The notes below the pieces were generated by a model. The model worked only from the letters and a program-made list of their open reading frames with translations, was not told the DNA's origin and searched no databases. The position numbers were made by a program, and so were the translations under genes. Of a stretch of DNA of 64,000 nucleotides, positions 27,800 to 39,275 are shown piece after piece; positions within the stretch are counted from its first letter, which is position 1; each line of letters starts with the position of its first letter. The stretch comes from Candidatus Hecatella orcuttiae. Lineage in GTDB: Archaea; Thermoproteota; Bathyarchaeia; Hecatellales; Hecatellaceae. The stretch spans positions 32,001-96,000 of the forward strand of contig MTLY02000001.1 in NCBI GenBank assembly GCA_002011035.2. Reading direction: 5' to 3'.

Positions 27800-29208
27800 A
27801 GAAAGTGGCGAAGCCAGATAAGCTCATTCCCAAACAAGCCATGCCCAAGTTGTCCATGGAGGAGCGGAGGAAAACACTCAAAGAAGTGGCTCTAGGCTTT
27901 TCCGAAGACCTAGCCTTGGTTGAGGCCTCTCGATGCCTTCAATGCGCCAAACCTAAATGTGTTGAGGGTTGCCCTGTGAACATCGACATCCCCGCCTTCA
28001 TCAAACTCATTCAAGAGCGAAAGTTTGAGGAAGCCATCGAAAAAATAAAGGAACGAAACGCCCTCCCCGCCATGTGCGGCAGGGTTTGCCCTCAGGAAAA
28101 CCTATGCCAAAAAAGCTGTGTGCTGGGGATAAAAGGTGAACCTGTAGCCATAGGCGCCTTGGAGAGGTTTGCAGCTGACTACGAGTTGAAAAAGGAACCC
28201 ATAACCCCCACCGGAAGCAAATGCAACCCTACAGGCGTAAAGGTGGCTGTGGTGGGCTCCGGGCCTTTCGGATTGACAGCGGCCGCCGACTTGGCTAAGC
28301 AAGGCTTCGATGTTACCATCTTCGAAGCTTTACATGAGCCGGGCGGTGTTCTCATCTACGGGATCCCGGAGTTTCGGCTTCCTAAGCGTGTGGTGAAGGC
28401 GGAGGTGGAGTATGTTAAATCGCTGGGAGTTAAAATTCAAACCGACGTCATCATCGGTAAGACCTATACCTTAGACGAACTTTTCCAGATGGGCTACAAG
28501 GCGGTGTTCATCGGAACCGGAGCTGGGGCTCCGATTTTCTTAGGCATACCTGGAGAAAATCTCAGCGGCATATACTCAGCCAACGAGTTTCTGACAAGGG
28601 TTAACCTCATGAAAGCCTACCTCTTCCCCAAGTACGCTACCCCGGTGAAAGTCGGGAGAAAAGTGGCGGTCATAGGCGGTGGAAACGTAGCCTTCGACTC
28701 CGCTAGGACAGCGTTGAGGCTGGGAGCTGAGAAGGTTGCTCTTGTCTACAGGCGGACGGAAGCGGAAATGCCCGCTAGGAGAGAGGAAGTTGAAAACGCT
28801 AAGGAAGAGGGTGTCGAATTCATGTGCTTGGTGAACCCCGTCCGATTCATCGGCGACGAAGCCGGGTGGGTTAAGGAGATGGAATGCCTCAGGATGGAGC
28901 TTGGAGAACCCGACGAGTCAGGGAGAAGGCGGCCCATACCCATCAAGGGCTCCGAGTTTCGAATTCCTGTGGACACGGTGATCGTGGCCATAGGCACTAG
29001 GGTGAATCCTCTCATCCAAAAGACAGCTCCTCTTCTCAAAACAGATAAACATGGACACTTGGTCGTTGACGACTACGGTAGGACCTCCATGAAGTTCGTG
29101 TATGCTGGAGGAGACATAACCTCAGGGACAGCGACGGTCATCGAGGCCATGAAAGCCGGGAAAAGAACGGTTCAAGCCTTCTGCGAAGATCTTCAAAAAT
29201 CTGAATAA
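27796..29208 (+). CDS. nfnB: NADH-dependent reduced ferredoxin:NADP+ oxidoreductase large subunit (SudA/GltD-like)
   Basis: RCLQC..CVEGCP, CGRVCPQE..C, YGIPEFRL, GGGNVA and YRR; overlaps nfnA by 4 nt. Confidence 0.9.
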   Translation: MKKVAKPDKLIPKQAMPKLSMEERRKTLKEVALGFSEDLALVEASRCLQCAKPKCVEGCPVNIDIPAFIKLIQERKFEEAIEKIKERNALPAMCGRVCPQENLCQKSCVLGIKGEPVAIGALERFAADYELKKEPITPTGSKCNPTGVKVAVVGSGPFGLTAAADLAKQGFDVTIFEALHEPGGVLIYGIPEFRLPKRVVKAEVEYVKSLGVKIQTDVIIGKTYTLDELFQMGYKAVFIGTGAGAPIFLGIPGENLSGIYSANEFLTRVNLMKAYLFPKYATPVKVGRKVAVIGGGNVAFDSARTALRLGAEKVALVYRRTEAEMPARREEVENAKEEGVEFMCLVNPVRFIGDEAGWVKEMECLRMELGEPDESGRRRPIPIKGSEFRIPVDTVIVAIGTRVNPLIQKTAPLLKTDKHGHLVVDDYGRTSMKFVYAGGDITSGTATVIEAMKAGKRTVQAFCEDLQKSE

Positions 29209-29254
29209 AAACAGCGAAACAGTCTCTTCCATCGTCTATATCCGCCGGCAACCG

Positions 29255-30289
29255 TTAGATTTCCTGTCCTAAAATCTTCGCTGCTATGGCTTCAGCCATT
29301 TCGCTGGTAGTGGCGTTGCCTCCCAGATCGTAGGTTCGCGTCTTACCCTCCGTGAGGACGGCGAGGACGGCTTTTTCCACCCTCTCAGCGGCTTCCCCCT
29401 CTCCAAGATGATCCAGCATCATTTTGGCAGCTAGGATGGTGGCAAGAGGGTTAACCTTGTTCTTTCCCGCGTATTTTGGGGCTGAGCCGTGGACAGGCTC
29501 GAACATTCCGTAGGTGTCCCCCACATTGGCTCCGGCGGCGAAGCCCAAGCCCCCTACCAGCTGAGCTGCTTCGTCGGAGAGGATGTCTCCAAACATGTTG
29601 GTAGTGACCACCACGTCGAATGTTTCCGGCCTTTTGATGAGCTGCATGGCCATGGCGTCGATACGTTGCTCCTCCACCGCTACTTCCGGATACTCCTTAG
29701 CCACGTCTAGTACAGCTTGTTTGAAAATTCCGTCGGTGAGCTTTAGGATGTTTCCTTTATGGACGTAGGTTACCAGTTTCTTTCTTTTGGAGGCTAGGTT
29801 GAAAGCGCAGCGGGCTATTCTTTCACAGGCTTTTCTTGTTATAAGCCTTAAAGCTACAGCGACTCCGGGGACTATTTCGACTTCTTTGGCGAAGTAAAAG
29901 CCTTCAGTGTTCTCCCTTAGGATGATCAAGTCGATGTCGGGTTTAAGGGCGGCCACTCCCGGCAAGGTTTTACACGGCCGAATGTTGGCGTAGAGGTCGT
30001 AAAGTTTCCTGATGGTCACGGCTACACTCACCGGGGAACCGGGTTCTTCAGGGGTGGTCATGGGGCCTTTGAGGCAGACGCTGGTTTCTTTCAACATTTC
30101 CAAAGTTTCCGCGGGGAGGTTGGTTCCGTATTTAGCGATACAATGGTATCCCGCTTCCCCGCGGAGGTATTCGAGCCTTAACCCCTTCACCGCGTCTTGC
30201 ACCGCATCCAGAACGGTGAGGGCGGCCTCTACAACTTCAGGGCCTATGCCGTCGCCGGGAAGCACCGCTATTTTATAGACATTGGTCAT
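29255..30289 (-). CDS. Isopropylmalate/homoisocitrate dehydrogenase family protein
   Basis: PGDGIGPEV, RENTEG, HKGN, NMFGDILSD and FEPVHGSAP motifs. Confidence 0.9.
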   Translation of the reverse strand: MTNVYKIAVLPGDGIGPEVVEAALTVLDAVQDAVKGLRLEYLRGEAGYHCIAKYGTNLPAETLEMLKETSVCLKGPMTTPEEPGSPVSVAVTIRKLYDLYANIRPCKTLPGVAALKPDIDLIILRENTEGFYFAKEVEIVPGVAVALRLITRKACERIARCAFNLASKRKKLVTYVHKGNILKLTDGIFKQAVLDVAKEYPEVAVEEQRIDAMAMQLIKRPETFDVVVTTNMFGDILSDEAAQLVGGLGFAAGANVGDTYGMFEPVHGSAPKYAGKNKVNPLATILAAKMMLDHLGEGEAAERVEKAVLAVLTEGKTRTYDLGGNATTSEMAEAIAAKILGQEI

Positions 30290-30405
30290 GGTGGATCCCC
30301 AAGTCGGAAAGACCGTTCAAAGCCTGTTCTATGATGGGTGGTGTTCCTTAAAAAGTTGGCTTACCAAGAAGCTAAACTTTAAGGCATGGGCTGCCAAAGT
30401 AGAAG

Positions 30406-30924
30406 ATGAACTCAATGTCTTTAAAAATACGCTTCCTCGCCGACGGAATGCTGGGAAAGCTAACCCGATGGCTGAGGATGCTGGGCTACGACGTAGAATA
30501 CATCCGAGACTCCCCAGACGAGAAACTAGTGGAGAGGGCTGAGAAAGAGAGAAGAGTTCTGCTGACCAGCGACCTCCACCTTTACAGGAGAGCCCTAAGA
30601 CGAGGTATCCGAGCTCATCTAGTGGAGGGAAGAAAAGAGGCTGAAAAAATAGCCGGAATGGCTGGAAGGTTCAAACTGAAGTTGAAAATCAACCCCGAGA
30701 GCTCCCTGTGTCCCCGCTGCAATTCACCTCTTAGAGAGGCGGAAGCCTCCGTCTTGAGAAGCCTAATACCTGCCTCCGTCTTGAGGAAGCACCAGAAGTT
30801 CTGGGTCTGCACCAACTCTGAATGTGGGAAGGTTTACTGGAAAGGAAGCCACTGGAATGAAATAGATAAAATACTGGAAGAAGCTAGATCGTATCTGAGG
30901 AAGAATCTGAGGGTTAAACCTTGA
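30406..30924 (+). CDS. Mut7-C (PIN-like) RNase domain protein with zinc ribbon
   Basis: FLADGMLGKL.RWLR.LGYD, LLTSD, CPRCN and C...CGKVYW.GSH motifs. Confidence 0.85.
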   Translation: MNSMSLKIRFLADGMLGKLTRWLRMLGYDVEYIRDSPDEKLVERAEKERRVLLTSDLHLYRRALRRGIRAHLVEGRKEAEKIAGMAGRFKLKLKINPESSLCPRCNSPLREAEASVLRSLIPASVLRKHQKFWVCTNSECGKVYWKGSHWNEIDKILEEARSYLRKNLRVKP

Positions 30925-31550
30925 CCTTCCAGCTTACAGACGAAGAAGGAAGCTTCCTAGTTCACCTTGCAAGGGAAGCCATAATCCTCCATCTCCGCTC
31001 AGGAGAAAAGATGAAGCCTCCCCTAGGCACACCGCCAGCCCTGAAAACCAGATGCGGCGTGTTTGTAACTCTCAACAAAGTTAAAGGCGGGGAAAAAGAG
31101 TTGAGAGGTTGCATAGGCTACCCTGAACCCACAGCACCCTTGGTAGAGGCAACCATCGACTCAGCCCTCAACGCAGCGTTTTCAGACCCCCGATTCCCAC
31201 CTCTCAGAGAAAAAGAGCTGGCGGAAGTCGTGGTGGAGGTAAGCGTCCTAACGCCTCTCCAGCCCGTTCGAGTAAAAGACCCACGCGAACACCTAAACCA
31301 CATTAAGGTGGGCGTAGACGGATTGGTGGTGGAGAGAGGTTGGAACAGAGGCTTGCTTCTCCCTCAGGTTCCCGTGGAGTGGGGCTGGGATGTGGAAGAG
31401 TTCCTGGCCCACGGCTGCCTAAAGGCTGGGCTTCCCCCGGATGCGTGGCTTCTATCCGGAACGAAAATCTACAAGTTTCAAGCCATCATCTTTGAAGAGG
31501 AGGAGCCGGGGGGAAAGGTTAGAAGGCGAACTCAGCCTAGCGATGGGTGA
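30921..31550 (+). CDS. AMMECR1-family protein
   Basis: GVFVTL, LRGCIG, DPRF, EVSVL, GLLLPQV and CLKAG motifs. Confidence 0.93.
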   Translation: MTFQLTDEEGSFLVHLAREAIILHLRSGEKMKPPLGTPPALKTRCGVFVTLNKVKGGEKELRGCIGYPEPTAPLVEATIDSALNAAFSDPRFPPLREKELAEVVVEVSVLTPLQPVRVKDPREHLNHIKVGVDGLVVERGWNRGLLLPQVPVEWGWDVEEFLAHGCLKAGLPPDAWLLSGTKIYKFQAIIFEEEEPGGKVRRRTQPSDG

Positions 31551-31567
31551 AGGAAGTTCTCCGGAGA

Positions 31568-32764
31568 CTATCTGCGGGCGGCTTCGATGAGCCTGACGGC
31601 TTCCCTGACACCGTTGAACTTGCTTGCGTATTTTCTCAGCTTCATGATGTTCTTTTTATAGTAACTGTAATTGTTCACTATTTTTTCCACAGCAGCCTTC
31701 AATTTAGTTGAGGTAACTTTCCCCTTGATGCGGATGGAGCAGCCCATCTCCTGCATTTTCTTCGCATTCGCATCCTGCTCTACCTGGGTAGGTATGCATA
31801 TGCTGGGTTTTCCGTACTTTATCACCTCAAAACATGTGTCATGGCCTCCGCTGAACAAGACCAGAAGCGCCCTCTCCATCCACTTCCCTCTTTCTTCCAC
31901 CCAGCCTTTCACCAAGCAGTTTCCGACTTTCCTTTCAAAACTGCTTCCCGGCTCCCCTAGGCTTACCCTACTTTCGCAACTCATTCCGGAGAGAATGGGT
32001 ATGATGGAGTCGGCTAGTTTGACCCTTGTACCCATGGGTCCGCTTATCGACGCGTAGATGAATTCTCCAGAATCGGCCAAGGGCTCCAAGCTCATGTCGG
32101 AGAAACTGCCCACGTAGTGCACGTTATCAAACCGTTTTAGATTGCCTAGATTATACTGGCAGACAGTATAAGGCGGTGGGAGGTCTGGAATGACAATGCT
32201 GCTACTATTCGACATGTAGTTATCCGCAAGCCTTTGAACGGGAAACGCCAAAAAATTGGCTAGGAAATGGTTCGGCTGGGTTATGTTTGTAATGAACACA
32301 CATGGCATGCCTCTCCTCAAAGCCGCCCTTATAGTCGCCAAGTCCCCGTCTGACACGTAGAGGTCAGGCTTAACTTTGGGAATCTCATCCCTCAAAATAT
32401 AATAATGACGTAAAAATTCTCCAAGCGCGCTAGGCTTCTTCCGGACTCCCCCCCCACTAGAGTCGAAATAAGGCAAAGGCAGAAAAACGTTTAAAAAAGA
32501 GGGCAGAACCTTCACGCCGCCAGCATCCTCATACCAAGAAACCCCGGGAGCAAAGTAAACCTCTTCGAAATTTTTCCTCAGTAATTCGTAAGCGTAACCG
32601 CCGGCGAGAAAATACACTTCATGGCCTCTCTTCTCCAGTTCTTTTCCAATTTTAACTGTCCTAAACGCATGCCCTGTGCCGATGTTGCAGGAAGTGTAAA
32701 GTATCCTCATGGGTTTCCCGGTTTCTTGGCTGCTAATACGATTAGTGATTGATCCGTATAACAT
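31568..32764 (-). CDS. GT-B glycosyltransferase (MurG/GT28-like)
   Basis: GTGH N-terminal motif and GGHDT..E....GKP...P...EQ.ANA C-terminal motif; likely start at ATG 32710. Confidence 0.8.
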   Translation of the reverse strand: MLYGSITNRISSQETGKPMRILYTSCNIGTGHAFRTVKIGKELEKRGHEVYFLAGGYAYELLRKNFEEVYFAPGVSWYEDAGGVKVLPSFLNVFLPLPYFDSSGGGVRKKPSALGEFLRHYYILRDEIPKVKPDLYVSDGDLATIRAALRRGMPCVFITNITQPNHFLANFLAFPVQRLADNYMSNSSSIVIPDLPPPYTVCQYNLGNLKRFDNVHYVGSFSDMSLEPLADSGEFIYASISGPMGTRVKLADSIIPILSGMSCESRVSLGEPGSSFERKVGNCLVKGWVEERGKWMERALLVLFSGGHDTCFEVIKYGKPSICIPTQVEQDANAKKMQEMGCSIRIKGKVTSTKLKAAVEKIVNNYSYYKKNIMKLRKYASKFNGVREAVRLIEAARR

Positions 32765-32783
32765 TCAAAACCTTTTAATACTT

Positions 32784-33977
32784 TTAAGCCTGAGCCTCCG
32801 CTTCACCCCTTCTAATTCCTTCGAAGGTAAGCGGGCATCGTGGAAAGACGGATTGGCTATTTTTTATCTTCGCTGCAAACACCGTTGCTGCTCCTCCTGT
32901 GACGAGTGCTAGGAATAGGAAGGCCGCCTCAAAGCTGGCTACGTCCAGCAGATACCCCATGATTGTGGTGAGCAAAATTCGCCCTAAAAACCCGAGGAAT
33001 AAAACTATTCCTAAAGTTGTGCCGCTGTGGATGGAAACGTCTATGGTTAGCTTGTTGGCTGAGGCGAAGGTGAAAGCGCTGAACCAAGCTATTAAAATCG
33101 AAAGGGTGAGCATTAGGTAAAATTGGTGGGATAAAGATAAGCCCCCCAAAGAAAGAGTGCAAACCATGAGGGACAACAGGATCAAAAGTCTGCAGCTTAA
33201 ACGCTGAGCTGCGTAACCCCCTGATATTCTTGAAAAGGCATTCACCAACACAACTATCGATCCGAACATGATGCTGGAGATTAGGGTCTTCTCCAAAATG
33301 AAATAGCTGGTTATCCATGTTCCTATGGCTAGTTCTAGCCCCAGCGAAGAAAATTGAACTGTTCCCAGCGATAAAATCCTAGGGTCTCCGGCTATCTTTA
33401 GATCCTTCATCGACAAAGCGGGACATCCGACAGTCTGAGGCGTTTCCCTCTGTGCGATTAAAAAACCTAAAGCTGGAGACAATGAGAGTAAGGGAAAAAG
33501 ATTGACTATCTTCCAGTCCACGGCTAAGGTTATCGGAGACACGACGAAGGCGGCGACGGTGCCGAAGCCGAAGAAGCCGCCGTACAGCCCTTGATTCTTG
33601 GCTTTTTCACCCTTTTCAGACCACACGGCGATGTAGTTGGCGGCGGCTACGAAATTAGAGCCAAGCACGGCTCCTAAAACAATTCTCAGCAGGAGGATAT
33701 GCAAAAATTCCGTTGCGAAAAAAAGAGCGACTAAGATGGGGATGCTCAAAGTTAAAGTAAGCTTCAGAGTCTTATTTGCACCCAGTTTATCCGACATGAA
33801 GCCGCTGGGAATTAAGGCTACTAGGCCGCCTAACATCAGCAGGGACATCAACAGGCTGATTTCGGTGAAAGAGACGTTGAAAACTCTGACAAGCTCAGGC
33901 AAAATCGGAGCTATGCTAAAGATAGCCAGCCCGGCGGAGAAGTTGGATAAGCATGCGACGAGTAAATGCTTATTCAT
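32784..33977 (-). CDS. MFS transporter
   Basis: About 12 hydrophobic segments and a motif-A-like GFMSDKLG. Confidence 0.85.
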   Translation of the reverse strand: MNKHLLVACLSNFSAGLAIFSIAPILPELVRVFNVSFTEISLLMSLLMLGGLVALIPSGFMSDKLGANKTLKLTLTLSIPILVALFFATEFLHILLLRIVLGAVLGSNFVAAANYIAVWSEKGEKAKNQGLYGGFFGFGTVAAFVVSPITLAVDWKIVNLFPLLSLSPALGFLIAQRETPQTVGCPALSMKDLKIAGDPRILSLGTVQFSSLGLELAIGTWITSYFILEKTLISSIMFGSIVVLVNAFSRISGGYAAQRLSCRLLILLSLMVCTLSLGGLSLSHQFYLMLTLSILIAWFSAFTFASANKLTIDVSIHSGTTLGIVLFLGFLGRILLTTIMGYLLDVASFEAAFLFLALVTGGAATVFAAKIKNSQSVFPRCPLTFEGIRRGEAEAQA

Positions 33978-34189
33978 CGGAGTTCTCAGCCTCTCTCCTT
34001 CCGATAAATTCGCAGGATCGACAAACCGTCAAGTAACTCATGGTTATTCACATTTTCCCAAACATATTTAATTCCTCTCATTTTCCTCCTTGCCTGTTAG
34101 GTTGGCATCGCCCTCCACTGCCGAGGGTTAATATTAGGTTTATATAGACGTTCGCAAAACCCCCTCTCAAAGCGAAAAAGGTTGACGGT

Positions 34190-34564
34190 TTGGCTGAAAG
34201 GTATTTAAAGGCAGTTCAGAAAGTCCTCAACAAAGGCTCCGTTTACCTCAGACTCCACGGCTCCATATACAAGATAAGAAGCCTTGAAATCAAAGGCTCC
34301 GACGCCAAATTCGACTGCCGAAGCCTGCATAATGGGGAAAATTACGAGATCAGCTTTAAAATTGAAAAGAAACTCATGACCGACCTCATCGGCTTCGGCC
34401 TCAGAGACAAGCCCAACAGTGTGTTCGTGATTTCCGAGGATGCTGATAAGCCTATATGGTTTGAGACTTCGCTTCAAGAACTGATTGAGGAAGTGGAAAA
34501 ACGAGCTCTGCGAAAAGACCTTCTAAAAGAATTAAGCACATACGCGGACATAGAAGAAACCTAA
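34190..34564 (+). CDS. Hypothetical protein
   Basis: 124-aa ORF with an upstream TTTATATA; no recognised motif. Confidence 0.6.
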   Translation: MAERYLKAVQKVLNKGSVYLRLHGSIYKIRSLEIKGSDAKFDCRSLHNGENYEISFKIEKKLMTDLIGFGLRDKPNSVFVISEDADKPIWFETSLQELIEEVEKRALRKDLLKELSTYADIEET

Positions 34565-34640
34565 CAGCCAATTTCCCGGGAGCCTGACACAGGCTTATCT
34601 TCCGGCAAATATCTCTTCGGGAAATCGTCCTCCCCGATTA

Positions 34641-35096
34641 TTACTCAAACCACCTAGGCAATCTGCCAAGCCAAAGGAAGACAGCTACTAAGACCAGCAT
34701 GAGAAAGACTGCCATAACGGCGATGATTGAAAATTGGGCGCTTTGGACATCGCCCCCAGAGCCGAAGCCGAAAATGAGGGGAAAAGGCCAGATGAAAAAG
34801 AAACCTGAGCCCTCCGAGGGAACACCGCCTAGGACAACGGCCAAGAAGACTAAGGTCATGCCTGCAAAGATCGCCATAAAACCCAAAGTTAAGAGATAGG
34901 GCAAAAGCCCTAAGCTAGGAGGACTTCCTGAGCTGTAGGTTTCCGCCGTCTCCTCCCTTTCTGAGGAGGTAGGTCTGCATCCAAGGCAAGTCCAGTTCCA
35001 AGGGTTCACACACCGCTCGCAAACTTTTCGGCCGCATTCTTGGCAGACATAGCGGGCTCGACGGCGGAAGCAGACCTCGCAGTTTAGGGAGGTCAT
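34641..35096 (-). CDS. Zinc-finger plus DUF131-like membrane protein
   Basis: Four CxxC pairs at the N-terminus, then TM - G..FIWPFPLIFG - TM. Confidence 0.65.
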   Translation of the reverse strand: MTSLNCEVCFRRRARYVCQECGRKVCERCVNPWNWTCLGCRPTSSEREETAETYSSGSPPSLGLLPYLLTLGFMAIFAGMTLVFLAVVLGGVPSEGSGFFFIWPFPLIFGFGSGGDVQSAQFSIIAVMAVFLMLVLVAVFLWLGRLPRWFE

Positions 35097-35104
35097 CCAG
35101 CCGC

Positions 35105-35362
35105 TCAGCCTCCTCTGAGCAGAACTGGCATCACCGTGAAAACCAGCGCAACCAGCATGAGGATTAGGGTGAGGTATATCAGCGTTTTCACCGTCTTAGT
35201 GTCGGAGCCGAAGACTATGGGGAAAGGTCCCAGCAGCACAACGCCCCCCGTGGTTTTAGGTCGAGTCTTACCTAAGCCCAAGCCGGAGAGCAAAACGGCT
35301 AGAAAGACTAGGAGAAAGCCGACTGTGATCAGCAGAAAACCCAAGAACGCTAGGTCCGTCAT
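35105..35362 (-). CDS. DUF131 family membrane protein
   Basis: GGVVLLGPFPIVFGSD between two TM helices. Confidence 0.8.
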   Translation of the reverse strand: MTDLAFLGFLLITVGFLLVFLAVLLSGLGLGKTRPKTTGGVVLLGPFPIVFGSDTKTVKTLIYLTLILMLVALVFTVMPVLLRGG

Positions 35363-35454
35363 AGGCTTGTCGAATAGGAGGCACTCGGATTCGACTTATA
35401 ACTCTTGCTGGATAGGCAGCTTCACGAGGTCTGCTTGGGGCTTTAACGTTTCTC

Positions 35455-37602
<2,148 letters not shown>

Positions 37603-37671
37603 TCACCTCCTTTACATAAGGGTTAGTAACTTTCTATTTTGGAAAGCTATATAGTTAATAGTTCGGGAGGT

Positions 37672-37719
37672 ATATAAACTTTACTCTTAATATAGCTTCT
37701 TACCAAAAAGGTAAGTAAA
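37672..37719 (-). promoter_or_regulatory. cdc48 promoter with palindromic operator CTTACC-N5-GGTAAG (37699-37715)
   Basis: TATA/BRE block (ATATAAACTTTACT on + strand) and operator are repeated with identical spacing upstream of the regulator gene. Confidence 0.65.
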
Positions 37720-37722
37720 AAT

Positions 37723-38118
37723 TTACCCGAATTCCAGCGTAAAATCCTTCATCCTGTCAATCTTCTTCAGAATAGCCGCCATTTCCCTCAGCTGGGCCAA
37801 AATTATCTTCCCTAAGGGCGATAGTTGGTAGCCTTCCGGCTCCCGGGCAATAGCCTCCGCCTTCAGCAAGTCATCTAAACACTGAGCTATGGTCTTCTGG
37901 CTGTAGCCTAGAGCCTGATGAAGCTCGGTGAAGGTTAAAGACGGTTTCTCAGCTAGAAGCCGCATAACCCGGTAGCGGCTCTCGTTGGAGATGACCCTGA
38001 AAAGCTCGATCACGGGGTCGAGGTCTTTAGTAGCCACTAGTTTTACGTCGATTTCCTCGTCTATGATAACTTGCCCGTCTTTGGTGCTGAGTTTAAGCCG
38101 GCGGACTTTTATCCCCAT
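37723..38118 (-). CDS. ArsR-type winged-helix regulator, probable Phr/HSR1-like heat-shock regulator
   Basis: FRVISNESRYRVMRLL...TFTEL...YQLSPLG wHTH pattern; immediately upstream of cdc48. Confidence 0.7.
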   Translation of the reverse strand: MGIKVRRLKLSTKDGQVIIDEEIDVKLVATKDLDPVIELFRVISNESRYRVMRLLAEKPSLTFTELHQALGYSQKTIAQCLDDLLKAEAIAREPEGYQLSPLGKIILAQLREMAAILKKIDRMKDFTLEFG

Positions 38119-38155
38119 TGCTTGTCATCTCTGTTATTAATAAATAGAGTGAGGC

Positions 38156-38203
38156 ATATAAACTTTACTTAAAAGAAAGTAGCTTACCTTAAAAGTAAGT
38201 AAA
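38156..38203 (-). promoter_or_regulatory. Regulator promoter with operator CTTACC-N5-AGTAAG (38183-38199)
   Basis: Same ATATAAACTTTACT block and operator at the same 27-nt offset as at cdc48. Confidence 0.62.
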
Positions 38204-38220
38204 CAACCCTCGGCATGGAG

Positions 38221-39237
38221 TTAAAACTCACGCCGAACCAAAAGACCGGTCAAGGCGGCTAAATCCGCCCTAGCCTTAGTAGGCGGGAATCCCTCCAGCT
38301 CATCTAACGCCTCTCGGACGAGTTCTTCCGCTTTCCGTTGCGCATAGCTTGTAGAACCCAAGGACACGATTAACTCCCGAGCCTTAAGCAAGTCGGCTTC
38401 CGCCGGAGTCCCTTGCATCACTTGGAGGAAGAGAGCCCTCTGCTCCAGTTGAGCATGGTGAAGAGCGTGGATAATGGGCAGAGTCTTCTTCCCTTCCCTG
38501 AGATCGCTGCCCACAGGTTTACCCAGCTTCTCCTCTGAAGCCGTCAAGCCGAGGACGTCATCAACAATCTGGAAGGCTAAGCCTGCCAGCCGCGCGAAGC
38601 TTCCCAGCCTTTCGACTTGACTCTGAGAACCTCCGCCCACGATGGCTCCAGCTTGGGCGGCTGTCTTGAAGAGGTAGGCAGTTTTCTTTTCCACCATCAT
38701 AAAATACTGTTCCTCCGTGACTTCCTCCACCTTAGGGTAGGTCATGTCTAGCATCTGACCCTCACACAGCTGGATGGCAGCTTCAGTGAGAAGGGCGAAA
38801 ACCTTAAGGGCCCGGCTTTCGGGAATTCCCCCCTTCCCAGCTTTTTCCAAGACCGCCTCGTAGACTTTGGCGAAAAGGAGGTCGCCGGCAATGATCCCCA
38901 CCGGTTCCCCCCACCGTGCATGGACGGAAGCGACTCCCCGCCTTACAGGGTCTCTGTCAATGATGTCGTCGTGGATGAGGGTGAAAGTGTGCAGAAGCTC
39001 CACAGCCGCAGCGACGGGAAGTGCATTCTCCGCGTTTCCCCCAACTAGTTCACAGGTTTTAACCGCCAAGTAGGGTCGGAGCATTTTCCCTCCCGCGGAT
39101 GGAAGATGTCGGGCTGCTTGGTAAAGGAGTTGGAGTTCCGGTTTTTCAACTGTCAACATTTCAGCTATGATCTTTCCTACCTTTCGGGAGACTTCTCCCA
39201 GGTCATCCGGCCAAGGGAGGCTTGAATTTGAAGCCAA
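38221..39237 (-). CDS. Geranylgeranyl diphosphate synthase (short-chain polyprenyl synthase)
   Basis: GGKMLRP, FARM HTFTLIHDDIID with Phe at -5, GQMLD, KTA and FQIVDD. Confidence 0.9.
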   Translation of the reverse strand: MASNSSLPWPDDLGEVSRKVGKIIAEMLTVEKPELQLLYQAARHLPSAGGKMLRPYLAVKTCELVGGNAENALPVAAAVELLHTFTLIHDDIIDRDPVRRGVASVHARWGEPVGIIAGDLLFAKVYEAVLEKAGKGGIPESRALKVFALLTEAAIQLCEGQMLDMTYPKVEEVTEEQYFMMVEKKTAYLFKTAAQAGAIVGGGSQSQVERLGSFARLAGLAFQIVDDVLGLTASEEKLGKPVGSDLREGKKTLPIIHALHHAQLEQRALFLQVMQGTPAEADLLKARELIVSLGSTSYAQRKAEELVREALDELEGFPPTKARADLAALTGLLVRREF

Positions 39238-39275
39238 ACTGCATCCGGCCTCTTATTGCCTTGAAAACTAAATTC

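Noticed and set aside
27796-29208. Glutamate synthase
   Set aside because: No large subunit nearby; pairing with nfnA indicates Nfn/Sud.
30745-30785. 14-bp direct repeat GCCTCCGTCTTGAG in the Mut7-C gene
   Set aside because: Two in-frame copies encoding ASVLR; a small local duplication, not an array.
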